Origin: Cycas panzhihuaensis
Taxonomy: Eukaryota > Plantae > Cycadophyta
DNA length: 64,000 nt
Direction of reading: 5' to 3'
NCBI GenBank assembly: GCA_023213395.1
Contig: CM041465.1
Location: forward strand, 153,829,741 to 153,893,740
Positions 1 to 11,394 of the stretch are shown here, one piece after another. Both the position numbers and the translations under genes were made by a program. Every line of letters begins with the position of its first letter. Position 1 is the first letter of the stretch. Under the pieces are notes generated by a model. It searched no databases. It worked only from the letters and a program-made list of their open reading frames with translations, and was not told the DNA's origin.

Positions 1-29
1 TACATAAAGGAGAGAAATCAACTTTCATT

Positions 30-560
30 ATCAAACTTTATAATAAATTATATTCTAACCATAAAAACTAAATGTAATACCTTTTGATAGAAAGATAACA
101 AAAAAAATACTTTTGATGAATCTAGTTTAAGGATATTTAGAGACCTATAACTTATGTAATATCCCTTTGACATTTATTACAATTTAAGATTTTAAGAATT
201 ATAATTACACCCCTTACTAAAATAATAATAACTTTTTATTCTAATACCTAATTAATTTAATATTTCTTTTAATTAAAAGTATATTTTAAGGTATATCTAT
301 CGATAAGGAAAATATGAGGTTGATTTCATACTTGTAGCTTTTATAATGGTCCTTTTAATGTGGATAGAAAGTAATCAATTTTAGAGATACAATAGTATTT
401 ATTACTAAAATAATAATAAATTTTGATCCTAATAACTAATTTAATTATAATTAATTCTAAAAGAAAGTAAGTAACAAGGTGCATCTATTCAAAAAATAAA
501 TAAGGTTAATCATATACCTATAATAGAAGTTATGGTCATTTGAATTTATAGTAACAAATG
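30..560. repeat. Degenerate AT-rich tandem repeat, ~188 bp period, 2-3 copies
   Basis: TTACTAAAATAATAATAA...TAAT.CTAAT...AAGGT..ATCTAT...AGGTT.AT...ATAC recurs at ~214 and ~402, with a weaker copy near 30. Confidence 0.5.
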
Positions 561-2842
561 TTTTACCTTATGGACAATGATGGACAACAGGCTAAGATTA
601 AATCCCTTATAACTTTCATAATTTTACTTTAAATCATATAGTGTAACTACTTAAGATTTATGGCATGAGTTTGTTATATTAAATATGTGGTTTAGTTTCT
701 AAAATTTAGCCTTTTACACCTTCAAAATTGTAGAACTTTAATAAAAAACTAATTAGCCAAAACCATGCTTTGATATCATTTATAACAAATTATCACACCA
801 AAAGTATCAAAGTGTTAGTGGAAATGACTCCTTACTAAGTAGACCATGACCTACCCTATATCTCAAATAGGCTATCCCTATATAACTCTACTTTCATTAG
901 CATTTGGACATCCCAAATGCCCTAGCTATAATAACATTCATGCACATTAGTGGTATTAATGTATATTGCCTCATTAACTCCATAAGAGACATTTTCCTAA
1001 AGGCATTGAAATGTAAGTCCTAGTTTTGATGCCACTTGTGATGAATCATTGCACTAAAACCTTGAGGTATTAATAGAGAGAACTTTCAACTAAGTAGACT
1101 ATGTCGACCATAAGAAATAGGAGATTTTATAAAAGCACCTAAAGATGAAGATTTGGTGAGGTTTTAATTGGGTTTGTCAAGTATTAACAATGATGAGATG
1201 AAAAATTATATGTGTGTATGTCTTATCTTATTGATCCTACTAAATCACCAAAAGGAGTCTAAACTAAATATTATGTAATGGTAAACCCATGCTCAGATTA
1301 GTTTTAATGCTTTTATAGTGTTATGGTATCCCAATTTCCACCACCATGGAATGATATAATATCTTGTTAAGAAGGAGTCTTTAGAGTCTTTAGGATTATT
1401 TAATATCTTAAAAGTTCTAATATCCATAGTTCAATGAAAGGTTTTCTACCTTATAAAGTAGAGTATCACTATGTATGAAATAAGAATGAGGTTAAATGAT
1501 AATGTTAGGGAAAGAAAAGATAAGTTTAGTAAGTCCATAGTATCGTCACTAGAGATATAAACCAAGGAGGAGTAGGACACTAAGGTAATGGCTAAGAAAT
1601 CTCAAAAAATTAGAAAACTCAAGTAGCCCCCTTCCTTAGATGGGTGGCATCTTATACATGTGAGTATCAGGTGTGGCAAGTGATTATACCTTAACTGGAT
1701 CCTAAAAACATAAATCTCCAACTCATCATCAATCAATGCTAATAGGTTAGATGAACATGGTAATAATCTATGGGAGTGAGTAAGGCTAATAGAACTAAAC
1801 ACTAATCTAATACATAAATGAAAATAAAATAGTGTAAAATAAAATGTCGGAAAGGGAAACAAATAGTAGGAAACATAACTTATATCATAAGAATCCTAGA
1901 TCTATGACTTAGAAGAGGAGACTAGATGGAAGTAGATGTAAAGGGGGTTAGACCATAGGATTGGCTTAGTTCATTAGTAAGCTATTAGAGACTAATGTCA
2001 AAGGATTTTACAACCACTTATACTACCTGCATCCAATCTAATTCATAATACTCTTAGGGAAGAAGTAACAACCATCATCTCTTATGACATAAGGTGGTGT
2101 ATGAACACTCTTTAAATGATATGTGATGATCATAGACTAGCTTGTCCCTCCCAAGGATCATGGATCTATAAGAATATATGATAGAAAGCTAGAATTTTGG
2201 GGCCAATACTAGCTTATGCCTTCAATGATGGTAGGTGCTAAAGTGTAGTTAGGCCCCTCTTAGAGTGCAAGTATGATCTAGGAAGGAGATGTGAAAAAAA
2301 ATATATATATATATTAAAGTAAACAAATAATAGTCTAAAAATAAAATAAATAATCATAAAATTAATAAAAAGAAATTAAGTAATATACCAAGCAAAAGTA
2401 AAGACATTTTTTTAAATTATAATAAACTATAATATAATACTAAAATAAATGTCATTTTTCTCTTTTAAAATAAAAATGCATATGAAAATAATTACTTAAG
2501 CAAACAAGATACGAGAAAGCCAATGAAACATAGCTAAAAATCAAGGATCTCTTTTAAACAAAATATAAGGATGAACCCTATGAAGTCTTAGGAATAGAAA
2601 CTCTAATGAGTTTATCTTATAGGGTCAAAAGGTTGTTTTGATTCAAATATCCAAGGAGGGAATTTGAACCATTAAAATAACAATGAAACTGTGAGAAAAG
2701 GGCTAGTAAATAGAGAAAGAAGTGAAATAAGCATATGGAGAGAACATTAGAGATCTTACCCACTTAGAATTACTCCATTCAAGCCTCTTTTATATTAATT
2801 TCTCACTCCTTTTCTAAGTAAAGTATATTCCTTTTTACTACT

Positions 2843-5800
2843 TATTAAAAGCAGAGCCAAATCATTTATGTACACACCAATCTTAGAAACAAGTATGCTA
2901 GAAGATTTTGTGGGAAAACCCATATCAGAAAATTGATTACGTTGGAACTAAAAAGCATAAGAGTACAAATGATCTTCAGGTATATATAGATCCATAAGAC
3001 CAAAAAAATACAAACATCCTTGTCATCCATCATCCCAAACAAATAAGAAATAAGATTTTCATATAATATTATATCACATTTACATTAAGCAGGTGATATT
3101 TTAACATCCCCTTTTAATATAAATGTTGGTCTTCAAAACTATGAAGTGTCTAACCTTAATCCTTGAAGGTGGATTCCCTTTCAAGGCTAAGACCCAATCT
3201 TGCACGAATCTTATAAAATCAATCTTTGGTAAGAGGCTTGGTGAACACGTGGGCAAGTTGCTCCTCACTTGGATAAAATTCAACCTACATCTTCCCTAAT
3301 TTGATTAACTCACAGATGTAATGGTGCTAAATTTTAATGTGCTTTATACGTGCATGAAACTCTAGATTCTTTAAAAGTTGAATAGAACTTTGATTATCAC
3401 TATGGATAATAGGAGTACTATATGACACTCCAAGGGTCTCCAAAAGTCCCTGCAACCATACAAGTTCCCTTGCACTAATGCTTAGACTTTGATGCTGAGC
3501 TTCTATAGAAGACAAGGCCATGGCAGATTACTTTTTATATTAACATGAGATAAACCTATTACCAATGCCAAAAATATAACCTGTAGTTGATTTTCAATCT
3601 TCTGCATCTCTGCCCCAATCAACATCTATATACCCATGTAATTTTTCCTTTCCACCATGAAGTTATTCAAGGCCTAGATTAAGTGTACCCTTAACATACT
3701 TCAACATCCTCTTTGCTACACTCAAATGTGGCTCTTGGGGATTCTACATGAAATGAGATACTAATCCAATAGCATAGGTAATATCATGTCTAGTATGAGT
3801 TAGATAAATCAAACTCCCTACTAGTTATCGATACAATGTCACATCTATAGTTAGTTTATCTATGTTCTTTAGAAGCTTTATACCTTTCATACATGGTGTC
3901 TTTACTAGTTTGCAATCCTTCATCCCAAATTTCTCAACTAGGGATTCAACATACCTTGTCTACAACATCATAATGCGATCATCCAACTCCCTAATCTTGA
4001 TGCCCAATAAGTGATGAAGAGGACCAAGATATGTCATATCAAATTTATGACCTAAAAAAGACCTCCATATCTACAATAGCCCTGCTACAATTACCTGTAA
4101 TGATAAGATCATCCACATATAAAACAATAAGAACTATTGAAGATGCTCTCTTTCTAATATAAAGACTTTGTTCTAAATCTGTTGTCACGAAACCATCTTC
4201 CTTCAATCTAGCATCGATCTTTTCATACCAAGAATGAGGTGCTTCTTTTATGCCATAAAGAGATTTCTTCAAGCAGCACACTAAATGCTCTTATCCTTCC
4301 TTCATAAAACTTAGAGGTTGAGCCATGTGGATCTCCTCTTTCAAATCTCTGTGAAGAAATGTAGACTTTATGTCCATTTGATGTAACTCCCAACCAAATA
4401 TAGCTGTTAAAGCAAGGATCAATCAGACCATTAAAATCTTAGAGACTAATGCAAAAGTCTCTTCATAATCGATTCCTTCTTTCAGTTTAAAACCTTTAGG
4501 TACAAGTCTAGCCTTATATTTTTTTAATTCACCATTAGAGTGATACTTCACCTTGTAGACCCACTTACAGTTGACCAGGATTTTGGAGGGAGGAAGAGGA
4601 ACTAAATCCCATGTATCATTCTTCATAAGAGAATAAAATTCTTCCTCCATTACAACTTTCCATCGCAGATCATCCTTTGCTTCTTCAAACGAAATAAAAC
4701 TGCTAGAATCATTGGTGTTCATCACTAGGGCCTGACTAGCATGTTGACTCCTTATTCTTGGACCATCTTCTAGATTCTCAACTGTCACATCATAATCTTC
4801 AATGTTTCTTCTTGCCCATAGAGGAACATGGGGTGTAGACCATATTTCATCTTATAACGACTTCTCTATATAACTTCCACTAGTTCTTGCTTCTATCTCT
4901 ATCTGAGGAATGGGCTCATATACATGTAAACCTGTTGAATCATGCCTAAAAAAAGGTAGAAGAGGAGGATAACATGATATGTCATCGACTCAACAAACTT
5001 AACATCTTAACTAATTAAGATTTTCTCCCCTTGTAGATCCCAAACTCTATAAGCCCTACTCTCTTAAGAGTACCCTATAAAAATATACTTTAAATTGTTG
5101 CGATCCAATTTCTTTTAATTTTTGTCTGGGATTTATGCATAGGCAATGTACCCAAATACCTTAAAATAATTAATGGAATATTTCTGACTGATCCAATATT
5201 CTTTAGGGGTAATGCCACGAACAGCCATAGTAGGTATCCTATTCAAGATGTGAACATTTGTGGCCATAACTTTTATCCAAATCTCGGGAGGCAAACTCTT
5301 ACCATGCACCATACACCTCACAATTTCCATTATGGTATGATTTTTCCTTTTTGCTATACCATTTTACTGTGGAGTATATGGGATAGTAAATTCCTGCTTA
5401 ATACCATTAGTAATGAAGAGTTTATAAAAGGCATTATTATCATACTCCTTTCCATTATCACTTCTTAAAATCTTAATCTTCGTATCACATTCATTCTCAA
5501 CACAATCTTTCCATTCACAAAATCTATCAAATACATTAGGCTTATTATTTAAAAAGAATACCCAGTTTTTTTATTGAAATCATCCACAAACACAACTACA
5601 TAGCGAGCTCTAGAAATAGAAGGATTAGGTAATGGACCCATCAAATCTACATGGACAAGTTCTAATTTCTCTTTTACCCTTTGAGCACGGTCTTTAGCCA
5701 AAGGATAACGATGATGTTTTCCATACATACATCCCTCACAATCACCCTTTGAACATTGAATATGAGGTAAACTAATTACCATTTTCAATTGATTCAATAA

Positions 5801-6399
5801 GTTGATGCTTTCATAGTTAAGATGATTGAATGTCTCACGTCACAACTTACTTATATCATCAACACTAGTAATGAAAGGATAAGCATCCTGCTCAGCTTTA
5901 AAGGACTTAAACATACCAAAGCTATCTTGTACTTTCCTAGTAGTAACAATACAGTAGTTTTTCTTTAGATCTTTACCTACAACCATGATCTTTCTCAACT
6001 AAAGGCAAGCTTAATAAAAGTAACTTGGTGATTCTCCAAAGCTAGTTTACCATTAAAACAATCTCCATGTGTTCCTTCCACTCATTAAAATTATTCCCAT
6101 TGAAGGTAACTAATGGGACTTAGCTTCTCCATGTTAAAAATGAAGCTTACTAGATCGTTTATATATATATGAATCTCAAAAATAAGTATGCAATGAGATT
6201 TTGTGGGAAAACCTACATTAGAACACCAATTACATTGGAACCAAAAATCATAAGAGTACAAATGGTCTTTTGGTATATATAGATCTGTAAGACCAAAAAA
6301 ATATAAATGTCCTTGTTATCCATCGATCCAAACAAATAAGAAATAAGGTTCACATATGATATTATATCACATTTACATTAGTTGGGTTATATTTTAACA
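2843..6399 (-). mobile_element. Ty1/Copia LTR retrotransposon, internally deleted and decayed
   Basis: Direct repeats 2843-3106 and 6132-6399 (T[G/A]TTAAAA...TTAACA). PPT (minus AAAAGGGGA) at 3107-3115. Degenerate TSD ctact/ctgcc. Integrase-RT-RNaseH order on the minus strand. Confidence 0.92.
3290..5900 (-). pseudogene. Copia pol remnant (GAG-pre-integrase, integrase, RT, RNase H)
   Basis: ORF fragments CEGCMYGKHHR / LELVHVDLMGP (INT); NDTWDLVPLP..CKWVYKVK..KYKARLV, LKKSLYG, LYVDDLIITG (RT); ALSSIEA..DNQSSI..HARIKHI (RH). Multiple stops. Confidence 0.93.
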
Positions 6400-7612
6400 C
6401 TGCCAAGACAAGTTAGTAGGAAAATAATAGGAGCAATATGATTTTCTATAGAAAGGGCTTAGTATAAAAACTTTCAATTAGTGAAAATAAAAGAAAGTGA
6501 GATAAACATATAATGCAAAACCAAAAATCAACTAATCAACCTTAAAATTATAGAAACCATAAAGAAAAGGACATCATGAGAACTACACCTATCATAATTT
6601 ACATTAAAACTAAGTGATTCCAAGCCAAATATTGTCAGTAAGAAGAATAGTTAATAAAGCAAGTAATGATGGTGAAAATTCCTCAAATATATAAAAGTTC
6701 ATATTAAGAAATCAACTTTTAAACCATGAAAATCATAGAAAGTTTAATAATATAATTATTGTACCCATGATAATTTCTACAAAAATATGAATGATAAATC
6801 ACCACAATCTACCAATAAAAATATTAGGTGATCATAAAAGATAACAATGTAAAAAATAACTTAGACTTGTAATAATTGGATAAAAAATTAATTCACAAAC
6901 TTAGAAACCATGGAAAACCAAAGAAAATTTAATAGAATAATACCCATATGAATGTAATTCACACAAAAACTATAAGTATAAGCATTGAAAATGTCACTAA
7001 ATAAAGGTTAATCAATCCTAATAAATCAATAATATAAACCAAGTAAAAACATTAGCCAAAATGAAACCTACTTGTTGTTGTTAACTTAGTATCATATGGT
7101 GAAAGAGATCTAATTACTTCCAACACTTTCTCATAATAATTATGAGTTCATAAGAGTAAAGGAAAATAACTCTAAAGCACTCAAATAAGCATAAACTTAT
7201 CTCTAAATCACTTCCTACTCAGTCTCTCTAAGTATTCTAATGTAAAATGGGTGTCAAAATTTCCTTAAATGTACTCTAATATTCTTTTTCTACTCTAAAA
7301 ATTGTTAAACCTATATTAAGTTAATTGAATTCATTTACAGACCAAACTTAGCCTACTATTTTATAAGACTTTATATGTGCATGGTAATAGCCCATTATTT
7401 TAGACCCAAAAGCACCTTAAAAGGTTCAAAATCCAAAAAAATTGAAAAGAAATATGATTATTAAGTTGCATAGTAAAAACTGTAGTCAATGTTGCACAAA
7501 ACTATAGCATCCATTACAAACCATATTTAGTCAATAAAAACCACAATGTACACCATGGTAAGTGCATCTATTATATTAATTATCATTATTTTTTATAATA
7601 TAAATCATGACA

Positions 7613-10302
7613 TATATTACCCCTTTAGGGTGTAATATTAGAAAATTTTTAGAATAAAATGGAATTTGATGGTGTTGATTTTTTAGTTTAAACATCCTAA
7701 AAGGGAGGGTCTCTAATATAAAGCATGTATCTTGAGGAATTTCATTGAAGAAAAATAACTTTATGATGGCAAAAGGATTGCAAGTTTAATAACTCGTGGG
7801 AGAAAATCATTCCATGCACATACAAGGCTCTTAATGCTAAGAAGGAATGAGTAGTTAATATGATTTTCAAGGAGGTGATCTTGCAGGAAGAGTTGGTTGT
7901 GAGTGGCTGAAATTCTTTATAGGGTGATCATTTCGTAAGATTACCATCTTGTGTGAAATGTTAGTTTCCCCACCTATAAGTTAGAGGAAATGGAGGACAA
8001 CAATCAAACAAAGTAGATAACTCATAAGAAAGGTCATTTAATAGGAACTACATCACTGAGTTTTTTAACTAATAGCATATGGATGCCTATGCAACATGTA
8101 CATCATGTGAAATAGGGCTCCTACTTGGGTGACTTATGGAAGAGTGAGATTAAATCTAGATAGTTGATGTGACTAGAGTAATGAAATCACTAACACTACT
8201 AACATATAAATAAACACAAGCTGGAAATCAACTTATGAGAAGTAAGTGCACATTAGCAAGGTGGTAATTTATAGGAGTGGCCATGATATGCATGCTAGTT
8301 CCCCATATCTTATACCATGATTGAATTGTAATATAGAATATCTAGGAAGAATGCATAATATAAAGAAAGGAATGTCTATATATGAAGGCAAAAGTTGTGA
8401 TAAAGGAAACAATGGTTCTTTTATTCAACAAGTGTTATATGGAAGCAACATACAATACACAAGTGATTATATGAAAAGTCTAAGAATTATGGATGTAGAC
8501 AAGTATGAAGTAGATCTAGGAGGTATAAATCTATTAGGTATGGTTGACCATCTCAAATAGAGTTTATTCCTAACTCAACAAACTTAAATTGAGTTGCTAC
8601 CTAACACGAATAAGTTAACTTACCCTTATACTTGACCTGGGATGGTTAAACTTTGGTGAGAATTAAGCCAACTAGGATATATGGTTGTGATATAAGGGCA
8701 TAGAACAAAAGGTTAATGAGTGCATTTTCATATATTTTGTAATAAATTGATCTACTTAGCCATCTTTATAGATTTGATGAGTAAATCCAATGATATCAAT
8801 GTTCAGACTCTTGATGCCTAAAATAGAATTAATTAACATATCAATTCTATTAAATTATGAATCAACATACATGTTCTTATTTTCCTAAAAGGCAGGAAAA
8901 TTTTGATTAATGATTAATAATTTCTCCAGTATAATGGCTACCTTGAAATGAAAAGTTTTTGACAATGGTAGATCATGCAGAAAATGTATAAAAGGACTAG
9001 AATAAGCAGGAGTAAGAGAGAGAAGGGGGAAGGGGCGATGAAGCTTGAGAAGAGGATTCCTCTTTATTCTTCTAATTCCTTTTAAGAAGTACCTCTAAAA
9101 GAATTTTCTCTTCTTGGCTCCTCTTAGACAACACATAGTCATGTAGAGCTTGATTTCTTTGTTCTATTATTATGCTTTCCAATTAGTGAATTGTATGCTT
9201 CTAAGAGCTCTTCTATTATACCTTCTCTTCTTCCCTTATACTCTTTTATATTCCTCTTTATACATTATGGGTTACTATATGAAAGAATCTATATTCAACA
9301 AATTCAAAGATCCATAGTCAATTTATGTATATATGGACAAGCTACTAAAGTCTTATGGTACATCTTATATTAGTTTGTATCTGACAGAGTTTTTGTATTG
9401 CAACTAGCGGTCAGTAATTTTTCTTATAAGTAAATTTTTAGAAATTCACTATCTTATTATTGTAATACATTTCACCTTTTAAGGAATGAATAAAATTGCT
9501 CTTTTTTTCTATAAAATCTATTATTATAGGGTTAAACGATTTGATGATGAGTGAGTTATTTTATTTAAGGATTGAAATTAATTTTTACTTTCAAATAACT
9601 ATGTATCTGAGTCATGGCCTATATATCCCCTTCAGATACATTATTAAACCCATGTGAATATGTTTTAAGAAATGTTAGTTATATTGTATGATTTAATTAT
9701 GGGTTATCATGGGTATATAATTTTCTTTATAGATGTGATAATGGGTGTTATAAGTGGCCAGCGATTTATGACTACCCATATACATATTATAATATTTCCT
9801 TCTCTTTCTTCCTGCGTGTTGGGTTTGATGATAAGCTTTATAAGTGGTTAGTACCCCATGACAACTATAAGTTTTGGAATCTTGCTAACATATTTATTTT
9901 ATTCATATAAGCATTGGTATTCCCAAATGATTTTATATAAGGCTAGTAAGATGTAAGCATAATAAATATATCTTGGTGTCATTACTTTTATTTCATTGAT
10001 TTTCTTTATTTTCTATTTTGCTCTTAAAATGACATTGCATAATGGTTGCACATCTCTAGTAAATTTTTAGAATAACTAAGGTATTGATCCATTTTATAAC
10101 TTGTAAGGGGCAACAATAAAATAAAGCGTTAAGCTAAGAACTATTCAAGGCAAATTGTTATCTATAGTTTATTATACCGAAGCATTGGTATAATCTACCC
10201 AAGCAACTTGAACTCTCCTATTATTAGCCTTTCAAGGATATAGATTAGTTTAATATAAGGGGCCTTAGACTGATCATTAGGAGTAGTTAATATGAGGTGA
10301 CA
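7613..10302 (+). repeat. 5' LTR (~2.7 kb) of the gag-only element
   Basis: Aligns along its length with 23015-25705 (e.g. TTACCCCTTTA..TGTAA..TAGAAAATTTT; GATGAAGCTTGAGAAGAGGA; TAAGCATTGGTATTCCCAA). Confidence 0.82.
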
Positions 10303-10408
10303 ATATAGAAATTAACAAGTGTATTAATGAGGAAATAATTAAAACCATTTTCGATTATATATATTTACTCTTTCTTTATAATATTGTTTATTTCTTCTCC
10401 TTACAAAT

Positions 10409-11254
10409 TGTTGTGGCATAAATTGACACGTTGGGCTATGAGGAAGACCAGAAATAGGTTGTGTAACCTTGGATGTGTAGGTACAGACCGTACAGAGGCA
10501 TGCATGAGGCAGAAAAGTGGAAAAAATAGCATTATAGGTACATATGACAGGTGCATACCTGAAAAGGTATGCAACACAGTATACGTACCTTCGGTAGTAC
10601 ATAAGCAAACAAAAAAGGTACGCATAACAGGATTAGACAGATGGCTACCTGGGATGACATTACACATATGTACAGATGTACGGATGGTTAGAGACAATAG
10701 TTAAGTAAGTTAACTAAGGGTCAATAAAAGGTACGCTTATGAATAAAAAGGTATGGTTATGACAGGGAGTCATAACCCTTTAGCCAAAAGACACCAAGGA
10801 GGCATATTTAACAAACTTTATAAGGATTATTTAGCTAGGGGTGAGAGCCAAGTATTGAGACATTCAATGGTATGGAAGCTAGTGTGTATGACAGTAGCCT
10901 AAAGTAGTGTATAATGTTGTGTACCGTCTGGGTATGCATGTGATAATAACAGTATATGTGGTTGGAATGCACAGGGAATGCATTCCAACACCTTGTGTAC
11001 AAAGACTTATTGCTTAATAAAAAGAAGAGTTATGTGGAAATTGTTGATTTTCTATGTTTTATAAAGATTAGATGCTGAATATGCGTTGATTATTGTATTG
11101 TTGTGTGCAAACTGTGGTATAACTATATGGAATTATTAATAAATTTATGTGATCTATGTGAATGATTATGTTGACTGTATCCTAGACTAAACTACCTGTG
11201 TTACCTTGACAAGTGTACCAATTTGATAAGTGGTGTGAAATCATAAAGTCAACA
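10409..11254 (+). repeat. 5' LTR of nested Gypsy
   Basis: TGTTG...TCAACA, closely similar to 20126-20971. Confidence 0.95.
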
Positions 11255-11255
11255 T

Positions 11256-11268
11256 TGGTTTCGTTGCC
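11256..11268 (+). other. Primer binding site, best fit tRNA-Glu
   Basis: TGGTTTCGTTGCC 1 nt after the LTR; one mismatch to the complement of the plant tRNA-Glu 3' end (TGGTTCCGTTGCC) as recalled. Confidence 0.7.
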
Positions 11269-11394
11269 TACGTCCACTGAGCAGGGACTAAGGCTAGGAG
11301 TTTCATAAGCGTGAATGATTAAAGGGTAGAGGACCCTGGCTGTCATTGTGATGATAGGCTGTAAATAAGCCTCTAATAGCTAGGGGACCTTTCA

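Noticed and set aside
850-2300. Possible minus-strand gag remnant (DDGCYFFPKSI near 2070)
   Set aside because: A single weak motif with no LTRs or other domains; too decayed to call.
10339-10704. Overlapping ORFs on both strands, repeated at 20148-20421
   Set aside because: They lie inside the Gypsy LTRs; the similarity is LTR duplication and the peptides show no domain features.
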